Below are positions 23,859-38,293 of a stretch of DNA of 64,000 nucleotides, in pieces. The notes under the pieces are model-generated. The model ran no database searches. It was given only the letters and a program-made list of their open reading frames with translations, and was not told where the DNA came from. A program made the translations under genes and the position numbers. Source of the stretch: Monocercomonoides exilis PA203 (Eukaryota > Protista > Preaxostyla); contig LSRY02000052.1 in the NCBI GenBank assembly GCA_001643675.2, positions 1 to 64,000 of the forward strand, given 5' to 3'. Within the stretch, counting starts at the first letter, position 1, and each line of letters opens with the position of its first letter.

Positions 23859-26800
23859 TCAAACAGCTGTATTAGAAGGAAGCGGTGGAGTTTTCACTCG
23901 ATTTAGAAGACTTGTGTTGTAATAATGAGTTGAAGGGATTACTTTACCACACGAGCTTTTCGATCGATATCTTTCAGGTTTCCCAGTTTTATCGTTATCA
24001 ATCGTCATAGACGAAGAACCAGCCAGATAATAATCTTTTTTACTTGCCTCTGAATCAGTTCCATTTGCCGAAGGTCGGCAAGGCAAACCACTTCTGCCGG
24101 GTGCTGCAAGCCGCATTGAAGAATTGACAGCTTCATTTGAAAGTGTGGAGTCATCTGCATTTTGTGGCATGCTGAATATTTTTGAAGGATAGAAATACTT
24201 CTGCCGCTTTGCCAAATCTGTCAATGATTTTAAATCATCGGAAGGATTCTGAAACTCTCCGTTTGATTGGAAGTGAGCCGCTTCTTGATTTGAAGAAGGG
24301 TGTGAAGAGTCGGCAGGCAACGAAGAGCGCGGCGGAGAAGCTGATGAAGTCGAAGGCGGAAGACGCAGTGAAAGTTCACCGTGTGTGTCGACCAGAGTGA
24401 AAAGTGACTTGGTGTTCTGAGGTGATGAAGTGGAAGATGAATCAGCGCTTGTCTTTCCTTCTTTTTCTTTTGCCTGCAAAGAACGGTCAGCGCGCCTTTT
24501 TCTGGAGAGGGGAGAGGAGGAGATTGAAGTGGAAGGTTGATATTTGCCATCAGATAGCAAAGCTGAAGTGTCTGTGTATTTAACACTGCCCTGCTGTAGC
24601 ATAAGCAATTTTTCTGAGGGAGTTGAAATATACAGCTGCCTTTCTTTCACAGTCGTGTCATCTTTTGCTTGACCGGGATTTTCGTCTTTGCTGTTCGTGC
24701 TTGGATCAGTACTGCTTAGTGGCTGGTCCACATTCCTAAAGCCACGCTCTAAAACAGGTGAGCATCCGTCTGTCCCGTTCTGATTTGTGAGTGAAGCATT
24801 CTGAGATTCCGCAAGAGTGTTATGTTGGGAAATTGGCGATGTGAATGTCCCGCTCCTCACAGTCACTACAGCCTGCACTTGCTCAGCTGTATCAGGACTA
24901 ATAGTACAATGATACTGTGATGTGGAATATGACATGGCTGGAGAAGTGTTTGTGAAGCCTTTCTCGGGTTCCGCTTTGACTTGTGGCTTCTGCTGGCTAA
25001 TTGACGATGAACTTGAGCACATTGTATTTGATTCTTCACGAAGCTTCCTGAATTGCTGCTGGGTTGAGCTGAATTTCAGACTGTTTCCTGTTCCGTAAAG
25101 AAAGTCTGTAGATGCCAGTGGAGAAGTCAATCCTGCTGCCTCTTTTTCCCTCTGATAAAGAAGTACAATCAGCTCCTCCACTCTCTCTTGGCTCGGCCTG
25201 CTGAGCAGCGCATATTGCTCAGGCATCTGCATTTTCCTGAACTGGACAAGCGAAACATCGCTCAATTGAGAGTTGCGAGGTGTGAACGATGCCATCGAAT
25301 ACGAGCGAAGTGAAGTGGGTGCGCCTAAAGTTGGGTGATAAGTCGGGGCAGGAACTGTGTCCTGTTCCAGAAGCGTGCTCATCCTTCTGCTTATCGGCAC
25401 TGTGATTCCATTTGTGTTTTCTCCATCCACCACATACGACGATGGCTGTGCATAGCGCATTTCAGATGGCCTTCCATCGCCAAATTGAGTGCCCAAATTC
25501 GCAGTGGAGCTTGTTGAGGCTGTCTGATCTGGAACTGAAGAACGTGATGTGGATGGGCCGCTGAGCACATCAAGCTTGCATTCAGAAGGGGTCCGTACAT
25601 GGATAATATCGCGTGCTCCTTCTCTTTCCAGAGGAGTGCCTTGCCCGTCGATTATCCACTCCAGCCCTCGTTCTTCGACATAATCATTGAAATGGTCTGA
25701 ACTGCTTGGAGTCATTGTCGAAATCACAGTCATCTCCATATGCTTCTTCTCTTTCTTTTTGGCATTTTCTGGGAATCTCCTCTGAGCACCTGCCAGATTC
25801 GCAGTGGAAGATGAAGAAGTGACAACAGAAGGCGAAAATGACTCGGTGGGATTTGAATACGAAGGTGTTGAGTGATGGGACTGTCCAAACAGCGCAGTCG
25901 AAGAAGGCACATCAATCAGAGGAGGAAGCATCGCATGCCTTTCACTCGCCATCTGCTGCCACAGATCCATCTGCGCCTTGTACATAAGCTGTTGCTCAGG
26001 GGTGAGGAGCAGGCGCGCAGCGGCTAACACCTTTTCGAGGCTTTTCCGCTGCTCCTCTTCAATCATCTCCCGCAAAATACGCATTTTCTCTTCAGCGTCA
26101 CGCTCCCGCTCTGCCATTGTCCCCTTCACCGTTCTGGTCAAAATGGGTGTTTTCCACTTTTTCTTCAATTTTTCTTGCAAAGCAGCATATTCTTCTTCAG
26201 TTGGGATCCATCCTTCGATTCCTTCTGCATCTGCCTCCTCTTTCAATCGAGGACACAAATTGCGCATGCTCTTCAGCTTCAATTTCTGAGCCAACATTTT
26301 CCATTTGAGCAAAGTCTCGCTTTTCGTCGTCAAATTGTCTTCCTTTTTGGATCGTCCAAGTGCTTCGTCTTCCTGCAACGTGAATGATCCCTTCATGCTC
26401 CGCTCCAATACCGCAGCCATCTCAGCCATTTCGTTGCTCCTTTTTTCCCCATTCTCCTCCACACCTTCATCTCCAGTAAGCGATACTGCAAGTGCATCGA
26501 AGCCTCGTGCATCTCTCGACTTTGGAGAGCGAAACGGCGCATACGAACCAGCACTTATTGTCCTCTCATCAACAACCGCAGACAATGCTCTTTCAGAACC
26601 TGAAGCATTCATCTTGCTGCCATTCAGCTCTTCTTTGTTCGCACTGACATTCAGAAACTCTCCAAGCTCATCCACATTTCCCGATGGGCTTTTCACGAAC
26701 TTTCCTGAACTACCAGTGATGGTTGCTTCGTTGCCAGCCTTCATTGAAATTGCCGGTGGAGACGATGAGAGCGTGGGATTGAGTAATTGCTTGTCCGTCT

Positions 26801-28347
26801 TTGCATCTTTTGATTTTCCCTGCTTCATCTGCGAAAGTAGTGCCAATTCTCTCTTTCGAAACTGTTCGTTCAGGCGATTGCATTCCGCAACCAGCTCTTC
26901 GTGTGTCATTGACGAATAATCAGGATGCTCCGCTATGAAAGAGTCGGTCGAAAACAATGCTTCATACTTGGCCAATTCCTTTTCCATTTCTTTTATACGT
27001 TTCTTGTTGTTCTCTGCTTGTTCATTCTCTTCTTCTTTGAACTCGTTTGATAGCCTTAAGAGATTCTTAAATCTTTCGTCTTCATTAATTCTGTTCATAT
27101 TTCTTAGTTCTTGTTCCTTTTGCTCTTTGAACATTTCTCCCTCGATGCTCACAATATTCAACTCTCTTTTTGTGAATGCCAGCTCATCCTTCAAAGACTC
27201 AATCTCTTTTTCTCGCTCTTTCAGCTGCTTTCCCAGTGCCATCTCCCTCGCTTCCCACACACTTCGCTCTTTCTCTCTTTCTTCTTCCTCTTTCTTTCTG
27301 GCTATTTCAACTGCCTCGTCTTTCTCTTTCTTCAGCAGCTGCTCTTTTTCGTCCATCTTTTTCTGGAGCTCCTTTCGCGCACCATCTTCTCGGCTTTCTC
27401 CACGCAACCATTCAACTTGTGCCGACAGTTCTTCCTCCTTCCGCCGAAACTCTCGTTCTGCTTCAATTAAGCGTTGATTAAAATCACGTTCCATAATCTT
27501 CATCTGGTTCTCCAACACTTTCTTTTCTTTCTCAGCGTCTGCGCGGTTTTTTTCAAGAATCTCAAATTTCTTTTTTATGATTTCCTCTTCTGATCTCTCT
27601 CTTTCTTCTTTGCTCTTTATCACTCCATCAATAATTTCCTCAGGATTGAAAATGTCAAAATCATCTTCCCTAAAAAATCTATCAAATCTTTGCCTTTGCT
27701 TCAATTGTTCTTTTAGCATCATCACTTCTTTTAAATACATTTCTCGCTGTTCCAATATCTGAATGTCTCTCCTTGAAAGTTGATCTTTCAGCATATCCAT
27801 TTGTTTCTGAGCAGCCCTACTATCTTCTTTTGAATTCTCAAATAATAAACATAATAAACATAGATAAAAATTTAGAGTCATTCCAAACCACAATTGTTTG
27901 TTTCAACTGTTCAATTTCAGAATTCAACTGATTTGCGGATGGCTTCGGTAAAGCTTGTTGTTTCGTTTGCTCTTCCTCAGAATTTATTGATTTTATTTTT
28001 TTCTCATCTTCTGAAATTAAGTTGCGCTGCGAATATTCTTTGATAAATATGGCAAAACGTTTTAATATATTTTCTGATTCGTTTCGAGCGGTTTCAATCT
28101 TCGAAATTTAAAATAAAGAAATTTCACAAAGAAAAAAACAAAATATCGAAAAATGCTTGTGAACACTTTTGGCACAAACATCTTGTTGAGTAATAAAAGA
28201 AGAATTGATTCTGCTGTCCGTGCCGGAAAAAAAATCGTCAATCTCCTTTGTATATTTATCAAGGCCATCAGAAATAGCATTTTCTAAAGAGCTACTATTT
28301 TTGCTCAAAGGTTCTATTGACGGCTCTTCAGGTAATTGCAATTCCAT
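23859..28347 (-). CDS. Large coiled-coil protein with a Ser-rich disordered C-terminus (multi-exon, function unknown)
   Basis: 1344-codon ORF with E/K/R heptads, plus short upstream exons. The start at MELQLPEEP (28347) is tentative. Confidence 0.75.
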
Positions 28348-28567
28348 TTCGTCCAAATTGATCTGCACCAATCTTTTCTTTCTCAAAAAGTTCTTTCACA
28401 AATACTCATGATTAAACTTTATTCATCATAAAATTATTCGAATAAATAAAATATATTTAACACAAAATGTAATGAAGTGAAAGAACAGAAAATCAATAAA
28501 AAACGTTTCTTTCAAAAATGAAGAAACGCTTGCTAAAATTTTGAGATATGGCAAATATACTTTACGG

Positions 28568-28885
28568 TCATATTATGGAGATGACATTTAAGGAAGAGCT
28601 CCACTGTAAAAAGAATAAATTATTTGTTAAAGAAAAATCCAGTATAATTAAAAAAATAAACTTACAATTATCATCATACATTACTGCAAAAATTGTTACG
28701 CCCCCACACATCAGAACAACCAATGAAAAAAATCCAGTATCTTGAAGAAAATACCTAAATTTGTCTGAACAAATAGGTTCCGTTTCTATGTTGCAGTGTA
28801 TTGTTTTATACAAATCAGATGCAAGCGGTATAAGTCCAACGACAATTAGAACAAATCCAAGGATTGCACTGACTTTCTTTGACAT
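28568..28885 (-). CDS. Small putative membrane protein
   Basis: ATG ORF with two hydrophobic segments. The 3' part may be intronic. Confidence 0.4.
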   Translation of the reverse strand: MSKKVSAILGFVLIVVGLIPLASDLYKTIHCNIETEPICSDKFRYFLQDTGFFSLVVLMCGGVTIFAVMYDDNCKFIFLIILDFSLTNNLFFLQWSSSLNVISII

Positions 28886-29197
28886 TATTTATTGTTCTCT
28901 TTTCGTTGTGATCTTTCTTTCAAAAAGAAAATAAGAAAGGGAATTTTATTATTTGTATAAAAAAATCCGTCCGTGTGTATGTGTTGAAAAGCAAAAATTG
29001 AACAAAATAGTATAGTGAACCATGTCACAAAGCTCAATTGCAAAGTGCCCAAGAAAAAAAAAAAAAAATAGAAAACAAATTAAAAATTATTTAAAAAAGG
29101 ATTAAAATATATAATAGGGATAAAGAGTTTATAAAGAAAAATAAAAATAAAAAAATAAAATTGTGAATGAGTTAAAAAGACATCAGAATTCAAAACA

Positions 29198-32100
29198 TTA
29201 TAGACGATAAGACGAACGCGAGGTGGAATTTGGAGGGATCAGCGGCATGCGATAAGGAAGTCCCACAAGAAATGAATGGGAGCCTTGAGCAGCAGGCGCT
29301 GCAGAACGAGAAACTCTCCTCTTCTTCTGGCGAGATGAGGTCTCATCCCATCCCTCCTCTTTCTCTCTCTGCCCCATCCTCCTTCCCCCTCCTCTTTCCC
29401 CTTCTCGTTCTCCCCCTCCTCCTTCTCCATTCACCCCTTTCCTCTTCTTCACTTGCATCGACTGCGCCTCTCTCCTCTCCCTCCTGCGCAACTTTCCCGC
29501 AGCGCTCGGAGAATTATCGCTCTCTATTTCTCCGTCTGCCTCGTACGAGTTGTCGTAGTCGTCCTCTCTGTCGTCTGCATCCTCCCTTTCTCTCTTCCCT
29601 TTCATCGCCCCGCGCCGCTGCGCTGGGCCATCTGCATAGACAGCATGAGTTGCTCTTCCATCTGGTTGAATAACACCCTGTCTCCCTTGATCAGCATACG
29701 CAGGCTGAATACCAGGCAGAGGAGGATATTGATAAGATCTGCTTTGCATTGCAGAAGAAGAAGAGGAGGAAGAAGAAGAAGAAGGTGAGAATGCATTTTG
29801 AGGGGCAGGGCGCATCAGAGGTGAAGAATAAGGAAGTGGATATGGCTGAGCCTGTGGTGGGTACATAGAAAGAGGTGCATGTGAGGTTGGGCTGGGCAGG
29901 CCATATGAATATGCAACAGGAGCAGAAGAAGAAGAGGAAGAGGAAGAGAAACCAGCAGCAGCATTATCCAAATCCCCCGTGGAATAAAGCACTTGATAGC
30001 TCCCATCAACCATCCCGTCCTCTGCCACTATCCCATCTCTTCCTCTGTCTCTCGATGCTCCTCTTTCTCCTCCTCTCGATATTCTCTCTCTTTCCCTTCC
30101 TCCTCCTTTCCACGCAGCACCCACCATCTGCTGCGGTGGAGATGCTGAAGGAGGCATGCCAGCTGCTCCAGTGCTTAGAAAGCCATTCATTCCCATCCCC
30201 ATCCCCATCCCCATTCCAGCCCCTCTCAGCGGAAACGGCACAGAACCCGGCCTCGATGCAGCTCGCTCAGACACATCTGCCACCGTCCGCTTGAACACCT
30301 CGTCCTCCTTCGCCAGCTCCTCCTGCTCGTCTCTCCCTTGTTTCAGCAGCACTGTGCTGTTCCAGGGGAGCAGCACCACCCACTCCGCCAGCCCTTCCCG
30401 GCAGCGCTGGGTGAGCAAATGGACACGGCTGATGATCTGGTGGAGGTCTCTGATTGGAGTGCCCACATCAACCAGAGAGAAGAATGTGTCTAGCAGCACA
30501 CCCCGCACTGCTATGCACCTTGCCAGCTCTTTTCTCTTCTCCACGATTGGCTCATACCTCTCCACTTCAGAGAACAAGAGGCGATAGTTCAGCAGCGTCG
30601 CTGCCTCTCTCAGAGAAGAAGGGGCTGAAGCGACGGCGGTGGAGGAAGAGGTCATTGCTGGTGGAGAGGGAGGGTTGGATGAGGAAGAACTGGATTTAAC
30701 ATCAGCAATGCTCAGCTTTCGGGGTGTTTCAAGAGCTGCATCAGTGTCTGAGAGTAAAGGAGAAGAAGAAGAAGTTGTAGAAGAAGAAGATGAATTAGAA
30801 GAAGAAGAGGAGGAGGAAGTGGAAGAAGAATCAGAAGGAGAAGAAAGATTGCTTCCAGGGCTGACAATGCCCATCAGCGGGGCAGTTTCAGACGGAGGCA
30901 CTTTGAGAACCTCCCAAATCGCCTTCACTTTCCTCACGGCTCGCAAATACTGGGCATACAGAAACTCAAATGCTGGTGTGTTTGTGCGGGGAGAGTGAGG
31001 TGTTGCAACTGTGGCAGAAGAAGAAGAAGGCGAAGAAGAAGAAGAAGCTTTATTTCCCATCCCACTTCCAGTCTGATCCAAGTCTGTCTCCTTCATCTGC
31101 AGTTCCTCTGCGCCTTCCATCGCATTCAGCTCAGCTGCAAACTCCGCAGGAGACAGCAGAACAAGCTCAGCATCCTTCCGGCTGACTGAAGGCGGATACA
31201 CACCAGGCACTACACGAGGCACACGCGCCTCAATCGGAGCAGTCAGAACAAGAGTGTCTGAAGAAGATGGGGAAGAGGAGATGGGGCGATAAGGAGAGGG
31301 GATGCGGGGATTGGAAGGAGCGTTAGAGGAAGAAGATGATGATGACGGAGAGAGAAGAGGGAGCGAGGGAGATGGCCGGTCACGAGGCTGCGGCCTGTCC
31401 TTCCGTGCTGTGTATGCATTGCCCTGCTGATACGCCTCTCCTTGCTGCAGAGTCAATGAAGGTAAGATTGCTCCTCCTTCTCTTTCTCTTTCTCTCTCTC
31501 TCTGATTGCCTGCCTTTGACGATTGTTCAGCTCCTCCATTCTTCGTGTGTGCTTTGCTTTGTGGTCGTGGACGCGAAGAAGCAGGTGAAAAAGCTCCTGC
31601 ATCACGGGCACTGGATGTAGTGGTGGCATCCCAGGCAAGTGGAGGGAGAGGAGGTTTGGCTGCTGAAGAAGAAGAAGAAGATGATGATGAATGTTGATTG
31701 TCAACTCCATCCCCTTGTGCATAGAACCCAGGGCTCATCGATGCATTCTGATATGCATGAGGCAATCTTGGCGACTGCTGCATCTGCATCTGCATCTGCA
31801 TTTGTGCCTGTGCTTGTGCTTGTGTCTGAGGTGGATAAGGCTGATACTGCTGCTGATACGGCTGGCGGTATGTGGAGCCTGCCATGCCCATATTCCCCAT
31901 ATTCCCCATTGGTTGATACATAAACTCTGCATTCCTCGGCACATTCGCAATGATCGGTGAATATCCCACAATCGTCCCTTGCATCGGCTCTCTTCCACCT
32001 TCGTAGTACCCTCCTTGCACCCCTCCTCCATATGCTCCTCCATATGCTCCGCCATATCCTCCATACCCTCCTTCTCCTCTTTCTCCTTTTTCTCCTCCTT

Positions 32101-35100
32101 CCCATTCGCGTGTCCCACTCATATTCATCCTCTCCTTCCCTGGGCGCGGTCGGAACCGCTTCGGCTGCTGCTGCTGCTGTTGCTGCTGATTCCTCATTCT
32201 GTATTCTCCCTCTGCATATCTTCTGTCATCCTCCACACCCCAGCTCTCCTTCAGCCTCTCTCTCTGCCACTCTCTGTCTCCATATCTCTCTCTATCTCTA
32301 TACCTCCCTCCTCTCTCCATACCCCTCGATAGCGATACTGCCCTCCCTGGTACTTTCCTTCCTTGCCTCGTCCCCATCGCTGAGTGTGCAACAGACCCAC
32401 CGGAAAGCTGCTGGCTGAATGCAGCGCCGGCATTGGCTGTTCTTGCTCTCCTGTGCTTCTCCTCCAGCAACAGTAGCTGCTCCAACTCCAGTGCCAAAGT
32501 CCTGTCCTGCTCACGCCGCATCGCCTTCCGCTTCTTCAGCGCCTGTTTTGTGTCTGATTCCTTTCTTGCAGCGCTTTTCTGTGCGTTCTCTTCCTTCGCA
32601 ATCTTCTTCAGATGCCGCTGCATCGCTGGCTGGTCGACGATCACACAGTGCTTGTCCAGCAGCGCATTGTATGGCTCCATCGCCCTCTGCCCCGCGGGGG
32701 GCGGGCGATTGTCCCATCCTTCCTCTCTCTTCTGCAGCAGCTCATTCTCCCTCTCCTGCCAGCTGTCTCGCTTCACATTGCTTTTGTCACCCCGCCTCTC
32801 TTCCCGGAGTTTCTCCGCTCGGCGATTCGGAGAAACTCGTTCGGAGCTCCGGTTTGTTGCGCCTCGGCGTGTTGAAGACAGTTCTTTCTCTGCTTTTGTT
32901 CTCTTTTCACTTTTCTTCTTCGGCTTCTTCTTCATCGCCTTTGTTGTCTTCTTGTCGCTTCTTTCAGACTCCATTGCTGTGCCTGACAAGTTCCCACTCT
33001 CTCCCAATTCAGAACTATCTCCAAACATCTCTTTCTCTCTCTTCTTCCCTCTCCCTCTCCCTCCTCCTCCTCCTCCTTCTCCTTCTCCCCCTCCTTCTTC
33101 TTCCCCTTCTACTTCCTCTTCATTCCTTTCTGAATGTACCGACGTGTTTGTCGAGCTGAGTGTCGCCAGCAGCTTCTCCCTCTCTGCCTTCATCTCCTGT
33201 ATCCTCAGCTCCTCCTCCTGCTGCATCTTCTCCAGCTGCATCAGCATCACCTGCACCTGCTTCTGTTGTTTTTCTCTCTCTCTGCTTTCTGCCTCGTCCT
33301 CCACGCTGCTCTCCCGCTGCGCCGTCAGCTTCTCCTGAAGCAGCTGCATCTGCTCCACCATCGTGTTCATGTGCGTCTCCAGCTGTTTCTCTCTCTGTGC
33401 AATCTGCTCGTCACAGGAGGAGGAAGAAGAGATTGAAGAGGCTGAATCATCGTAATCATCATCATCATCATCATCATTAACATTGCTGTCATTGTCATTG
33501 TAGTCTTCTTCATAGCTGTTGGTATTATTGTTATTGCTTTTATTGCTATTGTTATCATTATTTTCATTTTCTCTTTCCTCTTCAGTGTATTTATCTTCAA
33601 ACGAATCCTCATATTTATCAGCATATTTAGCTTCTTCTTCTTCTCTTTCTCTTTCTTCTTCTCTTTCTTCTTCCTTCCTTCTTCCTTTCTCTGTCCGCAC
33701 TCCTTCATCCTGAGCGAGAGAAGGCGAGTGTGTTGCAGAGCTTGAAGGAGAAGAAGGAGAAGAAGCAGCAGAAGAAGAAGCACGAGAAATGGGGCGAGAA
33801 GAGGAAGGACGAGGTCTGCCTGCAGATTTTTTGGGGTCAGAAGAAGAAGAAGAAGAAATTTGAGAAGGAAAATCTTGATTCTCTTTGGATGATGATATTT
33901 CTGAATCTATTTCTTTTTCTTCCTCTTTCTCCTTTTCCTTTTCCTTTTCAGTTTTTCTTCCTTTCCGTTTATTCTGCAGTTGTTTGATTTCTTCTTTGTA
34001 TTTTGCATCTCTTCTTGCTTTCTCTTTCATTATCGCTGATATCTTCTGCTGTGCTTCATCTATCTGCTTCTGAATATCTTCTTTTTCTTCTTTCTCTTTC
34101 TCTTTCTCTTTCTCTTTCTCTTTCTCTTTTCTTCTTCTTTCTTCTTCCTCTCTTTCTTTTTCTTCTCTTTCTCTCTCTTCTTTCTCCTTCTCCTCCCTCT
34201 CCTTCCTCTTCCTCTCCATCTTCTCCATCTTCCCTTCTTTTGCCTTCTCCAGTTTTGCTTTGTATTTCGCATCTTTCTCTTTCTTCTTCCGCATAATTGA
34301 AGATACTTTTGCTCCAACTTCTTCATATTCTTCTTCTTTTCTTCGGTTTGCTTTCTTTCTCTTCTCCTCTTCTTTCTCCTTCTCTTTCTCCTTCTCTTTC
34401 TCCTTCTCTTTCTCCTTCTCTTTTTCTTTTTCTTTTTCTTTTTCTTTTTCTTCTTCTCCTTTCTCTTCTTCTTCCTCCTCCTCCTCTTCTTCTTCATCTC
34501 CTTCTTCTCCTTCTTCTTTCTGATATCCAAACATATCTCCTTCTTCGCTCTCTTCTTCTTCTCTTTCTTCCTTTTCTTCTCTTTCTTTTGATTTTTTAAC
34601 TTCTTCCTCTTCCTCTTCTCTTTTTTCTTCCTCTTTCTTACTCTCTTTTTGACTTTTCCTCTTTTCCTGCAGTTTTGCTACTTCTTCTTTGTATTTCGCA
34701 TCTTTCTCTTTCTTCTTCTTCAACGTCGCTGCAATCTTCTGCCCACTCTCTTTATACTTTTCATTTCTTCTTCTTTTTTCTTCCTCTTCTTTCTCCTCTG
34801 CTTCTCTCTTCTTCTTTGCTTCTTTTTCTTTTCTTTCTCTTTCCTCTTTTTCTTTCTCCTTTTCCTTTTCTTTTTCTTCCTCTTCTTCCTCTTCCTCTTC
34901 ATCTCCTTCTTCCCACTCCTCTTCTTCATCTTCCTCTTCTTCTTCTTCCTCCTCTTCTTTCTTCTCTTTCTCTTTCTCTTTCTCCTTTTCTTCTTTTTCT
35001 ATCAACTTCTTCTTCTTTTCGCTTCTTTCCTTATTCAATCTTGCAATAGACTGTTTATACTTCTCGTCTTTCTCCTTTTTCGCCTTCAAAACACTCGATA

Positions 35101-37156
35101 TCTTCTGCCCACTCTCTTCATACTGCTTCTTCCTTCGTTTTTCTTCTTCTTCTCTTTCTTTCTCTTCCTCTTTCCTCTTTTTGTCATCTTCTTTCTCTTC
35201 TTTCTCTTCTTCCTCTTCCTCTTCTTCTTCCTCCTCTTCTTCCTCTTTCTTCTTCTCTTTTGCTTTCTCTTCTTCCACTTTTTGTGCTTTTGCTTCTGTA
35301 ACTTTCTTTTCTGGTTTTTCTTCTTCCTCCTCGTCCTCTTCCTCTTCTTCCTCGTCCTCTTCCTCCTCCTCCTCTTCTTCTTCCTCTTTTTCTTTTTTCT
35401 CTTTCTCTCTTCTTCTTCTTTCTTCTTCCTCTCTTTCTTTCTCTTTCTCTTCTTTCTCTCTCCTCTTCCTCTCCATCTTCTCCTTCTTTCCTTCTTTCGC
35501 CTTCTCCAGCTCTGCTTTGTATTTCGCATCTTTCTCTTTCTTCTTCCTCATAATTGAAGATATACGCTCCCCTGTCTCTTTATACCTGGCTTCCTCTTTC
35601 TCCTTCATCGCTTTCGCAATCGCTGCTTCTTTTTCTTTCTCTTTCTCCTTTTCTTTCTCTTTTGCTTTTGCTTTTTCTTTCTCTTTCTCTTTCTCTTTCT
35701 CTTCTTCCTCCTCTTCTTCATCTCCTTCTTCCCACTCTTCCTCTTCCTCTTCCTCTTCTTCTTCATCCTCTTCTTTCTCTTTCTCTTTTTTCGCTTCTGC
35801 CTTTTGAACAGCAGCAACATTTTGTGATTGTACTTTTGCCACTGGCTGTGGTAACATCTGCTTTTTGCTTTCTTTCTCTTTCTCCTCCTCTTCCTCTTCC
35901 TCGTCTTCTTCTCCTTCTTCTCCTTCTTCTCCTTCCTCCTCCTCTTCTTCTTCTTCTTCCTCTTCTTCTTCTTTCTTCTTTTCTTCTTTCTTCATTCCTC
36001 TTTCAATCACAACTTCCTTTTCAGGTTCTTTTTCTTTTTCCTTCTCTTTCTCTTCAATTTTTGCTTTGCTCTCCTCAACTTCTGGAGTCACTTTCTTTTC
36101 AGCAACTTTTGTTTCTTTCTCCTCTTCCTCTTCCTCCTCCTCTTCTTCTTCTTCCTCCTCCTCTTCTTCTTCCTCCTCCTCCTCATCCTCCTCCTCATCC
36201 TCCTCTTCTTTATTTTTATCTTCTTTTACTTCTGGTTTATTTTCAGAGATAGGCTGAGAAGGTGCTTTTGTAACTGGTTGTGGCTTATTATCCTCTTTTT
36301 CCTCCTCCTCCTCTTTTTCCTCCTCCTCCTCTTCTTCTTCCTCATCTTCTTCTTCATCCTCTTTCTCTTTGCTTTGTTTAATCTCATTGGCATTTTTCAG
36401 TTGCGGTTTTTCTTCAATTTTTGCATTACTCGTTGCACTGGTATTTGAAGATTGAACAGGAGCCTGATTGCTTTGAGTCTGCTTCGCATCAGATTCGCCA
36501 TTTATTTTCATACTGTTATTTTTTCCCTTGGCTTCACTTTCTTCTTCTTCCTCCTCTTCCTCTTCCTCCTCTTCCTCTTCTTCCTCACCTTCGTCTTCAT
36601 CATCATTTTTTGTAACTTCTTTTACTTTTGGAGTTTCTTCTTTTTTCAGTTCTTTTGCTTCAACTACGTTCTTTTCTGGTTCTTCCTCCTCCTCCTCTTC
36701 TTCCTCCTCCTCCTCTTCCTCTTCCTCTTCTTCGCCTTCATCATTATTTTGGCTTCCAATCTTCATTGCAGGTTTTGAAGCATTATTATTGATTTGTTGC
36801 TGACGCTGTGGTTGTGCTAATGATCTATCTGCGTTTTTCTTTTGTATATTTTCGGCCTCTTCTTCTTCTTCATCTTCCTCTTCCTCCTCTTCTTCTTCCT
36901 CTTCTTCCTCTTCTTCTTCATCGTCATCTTCCTCTTCCTCTTCCTTCTTTTTTCTTAAGTCATTACTTCGTTGTTGTAAGGCCTTTGATGCTGCGACTTC
37001 TTCGATGCAACGATTAAATAATATTGCAATTCATTCATGAAAATATTATGTCAGTTGGAATGCATAAGCAATGAGATGAAGTATCAAAGTACAATATTAA
37101 AAAACGTTAGTTGATAACTTGAATTTATAAGTTAAGTATTCCTAACCTTTTGCCAT
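29198..37156 (-). CDS. Giant (>2500 aa) Glu/Lys-rich low-complexity protein with internal repeats
   Basis: Uninterrupted 2522-codon ORF, open further upstream to about 37010. Possible micro first exon ATGGCAAAAG|gt at 37156-37147. Confidence 0.75.
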
Positions 37157-37292
37157 CTATGAAGTGAATAATAAAAAGAGCAAAAAAACGTTAATTGCGC
37201 CCATATTTCTTTCCGTTAAGATCAACAAAAACTTTTTTGATATGAAAAAAATAAAGTGGATGAAATGGTTGTGTGATGATGAAGTGAATAAT

Positions 37293-38253
37293 TTAGAAGC
37301 CTCCTAAGTCTTCTGCTTCAAGTATATGATCAATTGCAACAGTGGGATCATATTCAGCTGCTTCAACTGAACTTAATCTTTGCATTGCTCTTCCAACAGC
37401 AGTTCGTGTATGCCTGTCTTCATCTAATTTTGCTTTTTCTTGTTCTATAACTGCTTTGTCCGATAAATACCTACAAAAATCAATTTTGAAATTCAAGTGA
37501 GTGAACCAATGGCAAATCTTGATAAAAAAAAATCCTATTAATTGCTCATACTTTCTTTTCATCTCGTTGATGCTTGCTTCTTTCTGCCTCTGTTTCTTTT
37601 CGTTCAAAAGGCGTCTCTGCCGCTCTTCGTGTGCCTTCACAGCAGCAGCCGCTGCCTGTGACTGCTTCTGTTGGTTCAGCTGTATCTTTGCTGTCCGTTC
37701 GCTTCCCTTTTGCAGATCGCGGAATTTCCTTCCTTCTCGGCCAGCCTGTTTGGTGTGAGGGAAAAAGTTATTTTGAGGGGGAAAAAAAAAAAACGTTATT
37801 TTAAAATATAAACAAAATTGACAAAATTAAATCCCCAGTTAAAATAAAATTAAGTGAAAAATAAAAAAATGAGAGATGAGAGTAAATAAAAAAGAAGATA
37901 GAAAAAAAAATTCATATTTGAAAGGGTTCATAAGCAAATTTCTTCACAACGAAATAAAATGACATACCAGATCATTTGCCAGAAGTTTGTTTTTCTCTCT
38001 AATTGCTCGTGCTTCTGCCTCTAACATTTCAATTTCTCTGGCTTTTGCTGTTTATTCATTGAGCAATTTTTGTATCGATTAAAAAAAAAAATTTGAATAT
38101 GAGGGAGAAAAAAATGAAATAAAGGATGAATCCAGAAAATCAAAGAAAAAGAGAAAGAAAAAGAAAAAGAATGAGTCATTAGTATTAACGTCACATTATT
38201 AAAAATTAATAATAGGAAAGAGAGAGAGATAGAGAGATAGAGATAGAGAGATA

Positions 38254-38293
<40 letters not shown>

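Noticed and set aside
29230-37017. Many plus-strand ORFs rich in S/F/L
   Set aside because: Antisense shadows of the E/K-rich minus-strand gene.
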